64,000 nucleotides of DNA from Armatimonadota bacterium (GTDB lineage Bacteria > Armatimonadota > HRBIN16), in contig OY781964.1 in NCBI GenBank assembly GCA_963677485.1, positions 4,580,862 to 4,644,861 on the forward strand, written 5' to 3'. Of this stretch, positions 20,550 to 29,926 are shown piece by piece; position 1 is the first letter of the stretch, and each line of letters starts with the position of its first letter. The translations under genes and the position numbers were made by a program. Under the pieces are notes generated by a model. It searched no databases. It saw only the letters and a list, made by a program, of their open reading frames with translations, and had not been told where the DNA came from.

Positions 20550-21188
20550 CTACTTGGCTGGAGTGTTCAGTCTTTTTAATACGGGGTCAGTGATATCAAT
20601 AGCCCCGTAAACTACGTTTTGAGGGTTCATGCTGAAGACTAAGTTAATCTTTTGCTCTTTTGCGACAGAAGCAACTGCTACTTTAATGTCAGCAATCAGT
20701 GCGAGTCTTTTCTCATCTCGCATGCGAAGAATCGACTGGTTGGCGTCAGTCATCATTTGTTTGAAGGTGTTTTCATTGTTCGCAGCCTGAGCCCGCATCG
20801 TATCGAACTTCGTCTTTTCGTCGGCTGTCATCGCCTGACCCTTCGCGGCCAGTACGTTGAAATCAGCAACAAACTGCGTGGCTTTTGCTTCAAGCTCGGT
20901 AGATCGCTTTTTCTGAGCGTCATCCTTAGTGGCGGATGTGACGATCTTGGCGTATTCATCAATCTCTTCGGGAGTGAGCACCAATACTTTTTGCAATGAG
21001 TCGAAATTGGCAGTGACCTGATCGTTTTTAGCCTTCAGTTCCGCCTCCATCGTCTCGCGTTTGGAATATCCATTGATAGCTTTTTCCATATCAATGACGC
21101 CGAATACTGCCGATTGGGCAAAACTGGGGATTGAAATCGCCATCAAAGCGACAGCGATTAGGAGAGCGTGACGCATCATGCGGATCAT
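20550..21188 (-). CDS. OmpH/Skp-family periplasmic chaperone
   Basis: Signal peptide MIRMMRHALLIAVALMAISIPSFAQS followed by a long Lys/Glu/Gln-rich coiled-coil region. ATG 21188 is preceded by GGAGG 7 nt upstream. Confidence 0.65.
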   Translation of the reverse strand: MIRMMRHALLIAVALMAISIPSFAQSAVFGVIDMEKAINGYSKRETMEAELKAKNDQVTANFDSLQKVLVLTPEEIDEYAKIVTSATKDDAQKKRSTELEAKATQFVADFNVLAAKGQAMTADEKTKFDTMRAQAANNENTFKQMMTDANQSILRMRDEKRLALIADIKVAVASVAKEQKINLVFSMNPQNVVYGAIDITDPVLKRLNTPAK

Positions 21189-21278
21189 ACAGGTTCCTCC
21201 AAATGTCATTACCGGTGCATGTTACCATTCACCATAATACGTGACAGATGGCAATATAACAAGGTTACGCGGGGTTTC

Positions 21279-21307
21279 TTGACTTTGCTTACCATAGAAA
21301 GTATTAT
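21279..21307 (+). promoter_or_regulatory. Sigma70-like promoter candidate (TTGACT-17 nt-TATTAT)
   Basis: -35 TTGACT at 21279-21284, an exact 17-nt spacer, -10 TATTAT at 21302-21307. It lies ~44 nt upstream of the small ORF at 21351. Confidence 0.45.
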
Positions 21308-21350
21308 AGATAGTGTCAGATACGCATGATCACACCGGATGGAGTCAGTA

Positions 21351-21467
21351 ATGCAGGGTAAAACCAAAATTCTTCGTGTCCGTCACAAACGGCAACTGGA
21401 GATTCAGAAGGCTCGCAAGCGTGCAGGTACCATCGCCAAAAAGGCAATGAACAAGCACCTGAAGTAG
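21351..21467 (+). CDS. 38-aa highly basic small protein (MQGKTKILRVRHKRQLEIQKARKRAGTIAKKAMNKHLK)
   Basis: ATG preceded by GGAG 8 nt upstream. It has its own promoter-like element and a strong terminator. It is absent from the supplied track because it is under 60 aa. Confidence 0.45.
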   Translation: MQGKTKILRVRHKRQLEIQKARKRAGTIAKKAMNKHLK

Positions 21468-21475
21468 CAGAATTT

Positions 21476-21512
21476 GGGGAGGCGATGTTAATTCATCGCC
21501 TCCCCGGTTTTT
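21476..21512 (+). terminator. Rho-independent terminator between the convergent small ORF and nadC
   Basis: 12-bp GC-rich stem ggggaggcgatg / catcgcctcccc, 6-nt loop ttaatt, then ggttttt. Confidence 0.7.
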
Positions 21513-22372
21513 CAAGCTATCCGAAGGTCAAGCCCGATATCGCAAGCTATTGCAGAGTGGGTGAGAGCCCCAACTGAAATGATGTCTACCCCAGTTTCAG
21601 CAATGGACCACACCGTCTTCAGATTCACACCGCCAGATGCCTCCAGCTTGCAGCGTCCGTTCACGTATGCCACACACGCCTTCATCTGCGGGAGGCTCAT
21701 GTTGTCCAGCATGATGATATCGGCCTTTGAGCTTAGCGCCTCAGTCACCTGATCAAATGTGTCACACTCCACCTCGATGGTCATCGTATGGGGTATGTTT
21801 TCTTTTGCACGATTGACCGCGGCGGTGATGCTGCCGGCGGCAACTATGTGGTTGTCTTTGATCATCACTGCGTCATACAAAGCCATTCGATGGTTGCTTG
21901 CCCCGCCAACGCGCACAGCGTATTTTTCAAGGTTGCGCAACCCGGGAGTGGTCTTGCGGGTATCACAAATCTGAGCATTTGTGGAAGCCACGGCCTGAAC
22001 GTATTGCTGCGTCATGCTGCTGATGCCGCTTAACCGCTGCATGAAATTCAATGAGACTCGCTCACCAGTCAGCAGGCTGCGCGCCCTTCCTGAGATCCGA
22101 GCCAATACTGCACCTTTATAAAACACCGCACCGTCTGACAGAACTGCTTCTACCAACACATCCGGGTCGATTTGCTTAAACACTTCGTGGACAAGGGGAA
22201 TGCCACATAGTATGCCGGATTGTTTGGCAATGTAAATGCCTTCAGCCATAGTATCTTCATCTACTGTAGTGAGTGTGCTGATATCACCAGGCCCAACATC
22301 TTCAAGAAGGGCTAAACTTACTATCCGAGAAACTTCAAATTGACCAGGCGGAATAATCCAAGCCCTACTCAT
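21512..22372 (-). CDS. nadC: Nicotinate-nucleotide pyrophosphorylase (carboxylating)
   Basis: Start at MSRAW..., with ATGA overlap on the mgtC-like stop. Typical NadC blocks LLEDVGPGDIS, DTRKTTPGLR, HRMALYD, IMLDNM, EASGG. Confidence 0.9.
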   Translation of the reverse strand: MSRAWIIPPGQFEVSRIVSLALLEDVGPGDISTLTTVDEDTMAEGIYIAKQSGILCGIPLVHEVFKQIDPDVLVEAVLSDGAVFYKGAVLARISGRARSLLTGERVSLNFMQRLSGISSMTQQYVQAVASTNAQICDTRKTTPGLRNLEKYAVRVGGASNHRMALYDAVMIKDNHIVAAGSITAAVNRAKENIPHTMTIEVECDTFDQVTEALSSKADIIMLDNMSLPQMKACVAYVNGRCKLEASGGVNLKTVWSIAETGVDIISVGALTHSAIACDIGLDLRIA

Positions 22373-23037
22373 GATCGGGTGACCTCCAAGATGCCATCTA
22401 TAGCGATTAATAATGGGAAAGGATCTGAAACATGGGGCGGGATATCCAGTGATAGCCGATATTGGGCATGACCATCTGGAAGACGGTTCAGTTGTTTCCA
22501 CGACTGTACATGAAATCCTATGGCCTTCAGTTGGTCATTCATATCTTGCAGTGAGCCAACGACGTCGACGACAACCACCACATCAGCATGGTTTGTTTTG
22601 AGAATCCTTCGCTCAAGAATAGTCGCACTTGTCAGTGTTCCGACTGCCAATACAGAGCCGACTAGAGCAAATAGGTAATAATGAGTGCCAAATCCACAGG
22701 CTAGGCCCACGGCAGCACTCACCCACATACTGGCGGCAGTGGTAAGTCCTCTGACTTCCACACCCTGGTGTATGATGGTGCCAGCACCGAGGAAGCCGAT
22801 ACCAGTTACAACTTGCGCAGCGATGCGAGTGGGGTCAGCAGCCGATCCAGCCGCTTCATGGGACACAGTCGCAAACATCGCTGCACCCAGCGCCAATAGG
22901 ATGTGAGTGCGTAAACCGGCAGGGCGATTGGTCAGCTCTCGATTGAGACCGATCATGCCACCTAATAGCGCAGCCACGAATAAGTTGACTAAGTTCATTT
23001 CGTCCATAAATACATAGTACCTCTGACCTACTGCCAT
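22369..23037 (-). CDS. MgtC/SapB family membrane protein with C-terminal ACT-like domain
   Basis: LLGGMIGLNRELTNRPAGLRTHILLALGAAMF is the MgtC-family signature region. The start may instead be the internal ATG at 23007. Confidence 0.8.
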   Translation of the reverse strand: MAVGQRYYVFMDEMNLVNLFVAALLGGMIGLNRELTNRPAGLRTHILLALGAAMFATVSHEAAGSAADPTRIAAQVVTGIGFLGAGTIIHQGVEVRGLTTAASMWVSAAVGLACGFGTHYYLFALVGSVLAVGTLTSATILERRILKTNHADVVVVVDVVGSLQDMNDQLKAIGFHVQSWKQLNRLPDGHAQYRLSLDIPPHVSDPFPLLIAIDGILEVTRS

Positions 23038-23119
23038 TGTGTAGATACAAAGGGTAAACTGAATTGCTGACCGTAAATAATGGCTGTATAAGCAAAATAC
23101 TGGGTTTTACGCATACCAC

Positions 23120-23149
23120 TTGACAAAACCCCCTGATGCAGGATACAGT
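23120..23149 (+). promoter_or_regulatory. Weak sigma70-like promoter candidate for era (TTGACA-18 nt-TACAGT)
   Basis: -35 TTGACA at 23120-23125 and a -10-like TACAGT at 23144-23149, about 50 nt upstream of the era ATG. Confidence 0.25.
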
Positions 23150-23200
23150 TTATGGCGGTCTCTATCAGTTTCGGCTGGATAGATACAATAGACATAAGAG

Positions 23201-24127
23201 GTGGAATTCATAGCAGCAGCATCCAAAAATAGTGTTCCAACGCGGTGTGGTTTTGCCACGATCGTTGGAAAGCCCAACGTAGGCAAATCTACGCTCATCA
23301 ATGCACTCATGGGCATCAAAGTGGCACCGACGACCAATCGTCCGCAAACAACCCGTCGATCTGTCAGAGGTATACTTACTGATGGCACCCAACAGGTGAT
23401 CTTTGTGGATACGCCCGGATGGAGTCGACCTACTGATCTTCTCGGCAGCTATATGAGAGGGCAGATCACAGAGTCGATTCAAGATGTCGATGCGCTACTA
23501 TGGGTGGTTGATTTGCGAAAACCTCCAGGTGAAGAAGATGCCGCTGTGGCACAAATGCTGCAGCACATGATTGAAAATGTGCTGATTGTTGGGAACAAAC
23601 TGGACGCTGCAAAACGGCCGATGGATGCAGAAGCCGCTTATCGGGCACTCATGCCTGATACGGTGCCTTATATCGCCATTTCTGCTTTGAAAGACGCCAA
23701 GTCGGTCAATAGGCTAAAAGCGATGGTCTTTGGGTTGATGCCTGAAGGGCCGCTGCTCTACCCTGACGACATGAAATCGGACCAGAGCCGCACAGACTGG
23801 GCTGAGGACATCATCCGTGAGCGTCTGATGACTAACCTGGACGACGAATTACCATATTCAGTGGCCGTCAAGATCGCTGAATGGACAGAACGTGAAAATG
23901 GCATGCAGTTCATCGATGCTGTCGTCATTGTAGAACGCGAAACACACAAGGGCATCGTGGTTGGAAAACACGGTCAGATGTTGAAAGTGGTGGGTTCTGA
24001 AGCCAGAGAGCAACTGGAAATCATGCTGAATACTCGCATCTTCCTTCAGCTTGAGGTGATGGTGATGGATGACTGGCGTCGTGATGAACGAAGCATGGGA
24101 AAACTGGGATACGGCCTTTCCGAATAG
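23201..24127 (+). CDS. era: GTPase Era
   Basis: P-loop GKPNVGKST, DTPG, NKLD, and a C-terminal KH domain (...HKGIVVGKHGQMLK...). Confidence 0.9.
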   Translation: MEFIAAASKNSVPTRCGFATIVGKPNVGKSTLINALMGIKVAPTTNRPQTTRRSVRGILTDGTQQVIFVDTPGWSRPTDLLGSYMRGQITESIQDVDALLWVVDLRKPPGEEDAAVAQMLQHMIENVLIVGNKLDAAKRPMDAEAAYRALMPDTVPYIAISALKDAKSVNRLKAMVFGLMPEGPLLYPDDMKSDQSRTDWAEDIIRERLMTNLDDELPYSVAVKIAEWTERENGMQFIDAVVIVERETHKGIVVGKHGQMLKVVGSEAREQLEIMLNTRIFLQLEVMVMDDWRRDERSMGKLGYGLSE

Positions 24128-24150
24128 ATAACAACGGAGAGTTTACATAT

Positions 24151-26385
24151 ATGGCTAAGAAACTGATAATCGTGGAATCGCCTGCCAAGACGAAAACACT
24201 CAAGAATTTCCTTTCAGACGAGTATGTCGTGGAAGCCTCAATGGGGCATGTCCGTGACCTGCCGGAGAAGCGGCTGGGAGTTGATGTAGAGAACAACTTC
24301 GAGGCGGAATATGAGAACCTTGATAGTCGATCGACTGTTCTGACCACTTTACGACGTGCCGTCAAAGGTGCTGACGAAGTCTTCCTGGCAAGCGACCCTG
24401 ACCGTGAAGGTGAGGCGATTGCCTGGCACCTCCAGCAGGCATTGAAGCTAAAATCGCCCAAGCGCATTGAGTTTAATGAGATCACACGCAGTGCGGTGAT
24501 CTCCGCACTTGAGAACCCTCGTGAGATCAATATGGACCGCGTCGACGCTCAGCAGGCCCGGCGTATCCTAGACCGGATCGTGGGTTATAAACTCAGCCCT
24601 TTGCTTTGGAAAAAGGCGCGACGGAATAACCTCTCGGCAGGCCGAGTTCAGAGCGTAGCCGTGAAGCTGGTGGTCATCAGGGAACGCGAAATCCAGGCAT
24701 TCGTGCCCCAGGAATACTGGTCGGTAACTGCTAAGCTTAGCCCAGATGGAGAGACCCAAACATTTGATGCTCACCTGCGTATGTATCGCGGTGAGAAGCT
24801 TGAACTCGTCAGCCAGGAGCAGACTGACAAAGTATTGTCCGACCTGCACGATGCAGAATACCGTGTAGCCGAAATCCGCAAGTCTCAGCGCAAGCGAAAA
24901 CCGAGTGCTCCCTTCATCACCAGCACGTTGCAACAGGAAGCGGCCCGCAAACTGGGTTACAGTGCGCGCCGCACGATGCAGATAGCTCAACAGCTGTATG
25001 AAGGAATCGAACTGGGCGCGCAGGGTTCGGTTGGTATGATCACTTATATGAGAACTGACTCCACACGTGTCAGTAATGAAGCTCAGGTTCAAGCACGGGA
25101 GTATATTAAAAGCACATTTGGTGCCCAATATATGCCGAAGACGGCTCCGATATACAAAACCAAAGCCTCTGCGCAGGACGCGCACGAAGCGGTTCGTCCG
25201 ACGAGTGTATTGCGTACACCCGATGAAGTAAAGCAGTATATGAATGCTGAGCAGATGAAGCTTTATCGGTTGATTTGGATGCGGTTCCTGGCCAGCCAGA
25301 TGTCCGAATCGATCATGGATGTTGTGTCGGTTGACATACTAGCCAATGAATATCTTTTCCGTGCCACCGGCAGCACGATGAAGTTTGAAGGCTTCATGAA
25401 AGTGTATATCGAAGGCACTGACAACAACGATAAAAATGAAGATGACGGTCCCGCATTACCGGAACTCAGCGAGAAGCAGCTACTGCAGCTTCTGACACTG
25501 CTGCCTGTACAGCATTTTACTGAACCACCGCCCCGATATAGTGAGGCCACTTTGGTGAAGGCACTAGAGGAAAACGGGATAGGACGGCCCAGCACCTACG
25601 CCAGCATTTTGGGTGCGATCGTCGACCGAAAGTATGTCACCCTGGCCCAAAAGCGGTTCACTCCGACGGCACTCGGCGACGCGGTGACCGACTATCTCGG
25701 CATGTTCTTTTTAGATGTGATGGATATTCAGTTCACCGCTAATATCGAGAAGGAGCTTGACAATGTAGAGATCGGTCAGCAGAGCTGGCGGTCTGTATTG
25801 GCTTCTTTCTACGGACCTTTTGAGACACATCTAAAAGAGTGCGAAGAGAGCCCGGAGAGGGTTCGGATTATCCCCAAGGAAACCCCGTACATCTGCCCGA
25901 ATTGCGGCGGTAAAATGCTGCTGCGTGAAGGCCGATTTGGACCATTCCTGGGATGCGAGAAATATCCCGAGTGCACAACCATCATGAAAGTGACCGCAAC
26001 GGGGGAACCGGCTCCGCCCGACCGCCCAAGCGATCAGGTTTGTGAAAAGTGCGGTTCGCCGATGGTGATCCGTTATGGTAAATACGGCGACTTCCTTGCC
26101 TGCAGTGCCACAGGATGCCGGACACGCCGACCACTCGACTCTGGGATTGAAGTGCCCTGTCCGAAGTGCGGAAAAGGCCATATCGTTAGAAAACGCAGCA
26201 AGCGTGGCCGCTACCTTTACGGTTGCGATACCTACCCGGATTGTGAATTCGTGGTATGGAGCAAGCCGACGGGGGATATGTGTCCAAACTGCAACTCGCT
26301 GCTGGTTGAGAAAACCGCCAGAGGACAGGCGCCTACAATCATCTGCAGCAATGCTGAGTGCGGATACGAAAAAGAGACCGAATAG
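24151..26385 (+). CDS. topA: DNA topoisomerase I
   Basis: TOPRIM start KKLIIVESPAKTKT, the DPDREGEAI block, the active-site region ITYMRTDS, and several C-terminal CxxC zinc ribbons. Confidence 0.95.
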   Translation: MAKKLIIVESPAKTKTLKNFLSDEYVVEASMGHVRDLPEKRLGVDVENNFEAEYENLDSRSTVLTTLRRAVKGADEVFLASDPDREGEAIAWHLQQALKLKSPKRIEFNEITRSAVISALENPREINMDRVDAQQARRILDRIVGYKLSPLLWKKARRNNLSAGRVQSVAVKLVVIREREIQAFVPQEYWSVTAKLSPDGETQTFDAHLRMYRGEKLELVSQEQTDKVLSDLHDAEYRVAEIRKSQRKRKPSAPFITSTLQQEAARKLGYSARRTMQIAQQLYEGIELGAQGSVGMITYMRTDSTRVSNEAQVQAREYIKSTFGAQYMPKTAPIYKTKASAQDAHEAVRPTSVLRTPDEVKQYMNAEQMKLYRLIWMRFLASQMSESIMDVVSVDILANEYLFRATGSTMKFEGFMKVYIEGTDNNDKNEDDGPALPELSEKQLLQLLTLLPVQHFTEPPPRYSEATLVKALEENGIGRPSTYASILGAIVDRKYVTLAQKRFTPTALGDAVTDYLGMFFLDVMDIQFTANIEKELDNVEIGQQSWRSVLASFYGPFETHLKECEESPERVRIIPKETPYICPNCGGKMLLREGRFGPFLGCEKYPECTTIMKVTATGEPAPPDRPSDQVCEKCGSPMVIRYGKYGDFLACSATGCRTRRPLDSGIEVPCPKCGKGHIVRKRSKRGRYLYGCDTYPDCEFVVWSKPTGDMCPNCNSLLVEKTARGQAPTIICSNAECGYEKETE

Positions 26386-26406
26386 TCACACTGCAGTCAA
26401 TCGAAT

Positions 26407-26446
26407 AATGCCTGGCACATGCACTGTGTCAGGCATTTCTTTTATT
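26407..26446 (+). terminator. Rho-independent terminator after topA
   Basis: 12-bp stem aatgcctggcac / gtgtcaggcatt (one G-U pair), 7-nt loop, then tcttttatt. Confidence 0.65.
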
Positions 26447-26499
26447 GGCAGCATTAGCGTGGTATCTTAGCATTGGCGTAATATTCTGGAGGTGTCTGA

Positions 26500-26817
26500 A
26501 TGGCTAACGTGAGCGTACAAGCAGGGATATGTGGATTTGTAACCAAGATTAAGGCGACATGTGATGAAGAGCAGATGGTGTCTTTCACCATAGTGAGTGA
26601 CTGCCCCAATATCCAAAAGCTGGCTGAAGCGATGCCATCGGTTGATGCATACGACGAAATCGGTGCAGGCTATGATGGTGAACTATTGAAAACCACCAGG
26701 ATCTATTGCAAAGGATGCTGCAGCGCCTGCGTGGTGCCCAATGCGATATTCAAAGCGATGCAGGTGGTCGGTGGACTGGCTCTGCCAGCACCGATTATGA
26801 TTAACCTCATCAAATAG
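26500..26817 (+). CDS. Small (105-aa) cysteine-rich protein, function unknown
   Basis: SD ggagg 7 nt upstream. Seven Cys, including a CKGCCSAC cluster. No signal peptide. Confidence 0.5.
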   Translation: MANVSVQAGICGFVTKIKATCDEEQMVSFTIVSDCPNIQKLAEAMPSVDAYDEIGAGYDGELLKTTRIYCKGCCSACVVPNAIFKAMQVVGGLALPAPIMINLIK

Positions 26818-26879
26818 CAGACACAGCCTATAACTTATATGCCCAGTTGAGTTTCAAATCATCGCATGGAGACGGCATC

Positions 26880-29177
26880 ATGAAGGCCATCGCAATCTTG
26901 CTCATCTTAGCGTTGTTTGGCAGCGTTGTATGCATGGCTGCAGCACCACCAGTAGCCAGTTATACCCCGGCTGTTCATGTCGGAATCGATGTAGTCGATA
27001 GTGCTGATGGACGGTATATCCGAGGCGTATACGAAGGCCAAGACTCGTTGTCGCTAACAGACGGTGTCACGCCCCTGAGTTCATTTATATACTTCAAACT
27101 GACGGATGATGTCCGGCGAATGGTTGGCAGCCACTGTTTTGTAGTGGTCGACTTTTTCAACGAAGGCATGATGAATGCCTATCTGGAATACAACTCCACG
27201 AGCATGCTTTATCACATGTCGCCCTCGTTTCTGCTGACAAACACTCAAAAATGGGATAGAGTTTTCATTGAGCTTAACAATGTGGCGTTTACCGGCCAGC
27301 AGAACAGCGGAGCCGATTTCCGTATCTCCAGCATGCCCAGAGGTCGTATCGCTCGTGTGGAACTCTATACGGACGATCCTGGGTTACCGAAGAGAAACAC
27401 TGCTGAACTTCTCAAGAACATGAAATCCAAATACGACGCCAGCTCACATGGCATGTTCTACACATTCGGTAATGACGCGGATGAAGGCGTGGCCACGTTG
27501 TATAAAGCACTCGGTGTGACAAGTGTCGAGAGTTACGTCACCTGGGAGACGGTAGAGAAGAAGCAAAAAGGGTCATGGGACTGGTCGCAATGGGATAAGC
27601 AAGTCGCTTCCCTCAAAGCGGCGAATATGAAGTGGGTTCCGTTCCTCATTCTGGGTCCGGCGTACTCAACCCCTGGCTGGTTCCGAGAGAGCCGGGAGCA
27701 CTATCCCAGCGTATGCCTGGAACACAACATCGCCAGTAAGGTGGAGTCGCTCTGGAACCCAAACCTTCCGGCGTATATCGATCGGTTCATCGCTGAGTTT
27801 GCCAAACGCTATAAAGACACTGGCGTGATTGAATCTGTGCTATTAGGTATTCAAGGCGATTTCGGCGAGGCGATATACCCGGTATCCGGTGGGGGATGGA
27901 CGTTCCTGATACCCGGTGAATACCACGACCATGCCGGTTTTTGGTGCAATGATCCATATGCGCTCAAAGATTTTCAAAAATATACCCAAAAGAAATACGG
28001 TAGTATCAAGAACCTTAATAGGACTTGGAAAACCTCATATCTATCGTTCGAAGAGGTGATGTTGCCTGCTCAGAACGAGCAGCAAATCAGTGGCCTGATG
28101 AGCGACGCCCAAGCCAACAAACCTGGCATTCGCCGGAGATGGCTGGACTTCGTGGAATGGTACCGAGCCTCAATGACCAACTGGTCAGAATGGTGGATCA
28201 AGACCACTCGCAAGTATTTCCCAACGACGCCCATATACCTGTGTACAGGCGGTGATGCACCACCTGAGCATGGGTCCCAGTTTGCCGAACAAAGTCGCGT
28301 GGCTGCGAAATATAAGGCTGGTGTCAGGATTACCAACGAAGGGTCTTATTATCCCGGCAACTTCTCGATCACCCGGTGGGTGGCCTCCGCATGTAAGCAG
28401 TATGGCACCTATTTCGGCTTTGAGCCTGCAGGTGAGGAAAATGAAACGGGGATAGTCGCCCGGATATACAACGCCACCACCTCCGGTGCTAACCAGTTGC
28501 ATGACTACGCCACGAATGTGACAGCCTCACAGACTCGGACGGCCGCGCAACAGCAGAATCTGCAATGGCTGTTCCATGTGCAGAAGCCCGTGGTACCGGT
28601 TGCTTTATGGTATCCCAATGTACACATGACCATTAGTCGAGGTGGATTCTTCGAGACAGCACAGAAGCTGCGTGACTACACAGATTACGACTATATTGAT
28701 GAGACCATCCTGCGGCATGGTGGCTTAAATGGTCACAAGATACTGGTCATGGCTCACGGCAGCATCATTGAGCAGACAGATGCCCAAATCATCGCCAAGT
28801 GGGCGGCTCAGGGTGGGCGGGTGATCATCAAAGATATCCCAACATTTGAGAGTGTCGAAGGTGATCATAAACCTGATTCGCTGTTGAAGGCCAAAGCACG
28901 CAGTGTGTCCGGCTGGGATCAGTTTGCCGATGCGCTCAGAGAAGCTATGGCAAAGTTATCGCTGCCGGTTGTTGACCTTGCCGCTGATGAGCTCTTTAGC
29001 ACCCAGATATCACCGGACAAGTTCTTGTTCTACAATATGGGCCTAAAGGATGTTGTTGCGAAGGCCATTGTGCATGGCAAGTCATACAGCCTGCTGGTGA
29101 AAGCGGGCAGCATCAACGAGCTGACATTGCCTGTTTCTGACGTCCACAATGTAAAGGGTAAAGGAGCGGCGAAGTGA
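26880..29177 (+). CDS. Secreted glycoside hydrolase-like protein, GH14 (beta-amylase)-like TIM barrel
   Basis: ATG 26880 with GGAGA SD and signal peptide MKAIAILLILALFGSVVCMAAA. The segment LGIQGDFGEAIYPVSGGGWTF...FWCNDPYALKDF parallels the beta-amylase catalytic segment [21 protein letters not shown]...FQCYDKYLKADF, which I recall from soybean beta-amylase. Confidence 0.5.
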   Translation: MKAIAILLILALFGSVVCMAAAPPVASYTPAVHVGIDVVDSADGRYIRGVYEGQDSLSLTDGVTPLSSFIYFKLTDDVRRMVGSHCFVVVDFFNEGMMNAYLEYNSTSMLYHMSPSFLLTNTQKWDRVFIELNNVAFTGQQNSGADFRISSMPRGRIARVELYTDDPGLPKRNTAELLKNMKSKYDASSHGMFYTFGNDADEGVATLYKALGVTSVESYVTWETVEKKQKGSWDWSQWDKQVASLKAANMKWVPFLILGPAYSTPGWFRESREHYPSVCLEHNIASKVESLWNPNLPAYIDRFIAEFAKRYKDTGVIESVLLGIQGDFGEAIYPVSGGGWTFLIPGEYHDHAGFWCNDPYALKDFQKYTQKKYGSIKNLNRTWKTSYLSFEEVMLPAQNEQQISGLMSDAQANKPGIRRRWLDFVEWYRASMTNWSEWWIKTTRKYFPTTPIYLCTGGDAPPEHGSQFAEQSRVAAKYKAGVRITNEGSYYPGNFSITRWVASACKQYGTYFGFEPAGEENETGIVARIYNATTSGANQLHDYATNVTASQTRTAAQQQNLQWLFHVQKPVVPVALWYPNVHMTISRGGFFETAQKLRDYTDYDYIDETILRHGGLNGHKILVMAHGSIIEQTDAQIIAKWAAQGGRVIIKDIPTFESVEGDHKPDSLLKAKARSVSGWDQFADALREAMAKLSLPVVDLAADELFSTQISPDKFLFYNMGLKDVVAKAIVHGKSYSLLVKAGSINELTLPVSDVHNVKGKGAAK

Positions 29178-29590
29178 GCCAGCTAGAGCGGTTTGGAGTG
29201 TCGATGGATGGGGAGCTGCTTGACAGGTTTGACGCCTTGATCAAGCAGCGTCAGTATGGCAACAGATCAGAGGCGATTCGTGACCTCGTCCGGAAGGAAC
29301 TTGTTGAGGAGCAGTGGACCGATCCTGATGCTGAGGTGATGGCTGCCGTCACACTGGTCTACCATCACGATAGTAGTGAACTCGCATCGAAACTGACCGA
29401 GATTCAACATGATGTCCATCATCACATAGTCTGCACCACCCATGTTCATATCGATCACCACCACTGCATGGAGGTGATGATCGTCAGGGGGCCTAGTCAT
29501 ACCGTGCAGACTATTGCCAACGCCTTGATCAGCACTAAAGGCGTATTACATGGCCATTTGGTCAGCACCACTTCTGGCCGAGATATCTAA
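29174..29590 (+). CDS. nikR: Nickel-responsive transcriptional regulator NikR
   Basis: GTG start with AAGGAG SD and GTGA overlap with the upstream gene. N-terminal ribbon-helix-helix ERFGVSMDGELLDRFDALI...GNRSEAIRDLVR. C-terminal metal-site block THVHIDHHHCMEV (compare E. coli LHVHINHDDCLEI). Confidence 0.85.
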   Translation: MSQLERFGVSMDGELLDRFDALIKQRQYGNRSEAIRDLVRKELVEEQWTDPDAEVMAAVTLVYHHDSSELASKLTEIQHDVHHHIVCTTHVHIDHHHCMEVMIVRGPSHTVQTIANALISTKGVLHGHLVSTTSGRDI

Positions 29591-29700
29591 CAAGCATCCG
29601 CCGGTGCTGACGCGGCCGCCTTGGCTGTATCTTACGCGTCACGCTGAGGGACAGATCGATATGCGAATGGCTATTCGTCTTTATTGCAGCCAAATGTTGC

Positions 29701-29860
29701 CTATGTCCGGGGCGGTCTGACCGTAGGCTAATGGTTGCAGAAGGCTTAAGACCGCGCCGGTCTGGCGGATAGCCATGAAAGATATGTGTCAGGATCAAGA
29801 CCGGCGCGGTCTATAGACGGTGGCCTCCGCAGGCGTACTGACAGACCGCCCGGACATAGC
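29701..29860. repeat. Composite palindromic intergenic element: two ~70-nt units in inverted orientation (REP/MITE-like)
   Basis: The left unit (29701-29774) and right unit (29797-29860) share inverted termini ctatgtccggggcggtctg / cagaccgcccggacatag and an inverted internal core agaccgcgccggtct / agaccggcgcggtct. No coding capacity. Confidence 0.7.
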
Positions 29861-29926
29861 CAACTAAGTTGCGAAATGTATGCGTTACCTATTGGGCTGC
29901 CACTCAATAACGTGCTGTTGTGCAGG

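Noticed and set aside
26445-26484. Promoter or operator upstream of the Cys-rich ORF: TTGGCA-17 nt-TAGCAT and a direct repeat agcatt(a/g)gcgt x2.
   Set aside because: The hexamers are weak, the repeat is short, and nothing resembles a NikR-type dyad. It is not strong enough to annotate as a feature.
29562-29798. ORFs of 78 aa (29562-29798, minus strand) and 95 aa (49530-49817, plus strand) in the repeat-containing intergenic regions.
   Set aside because: They are read-through translations of the palindromic repeat elements (Arg/Pro/Gly-rich) and have no start context. I treated them as non-coding.
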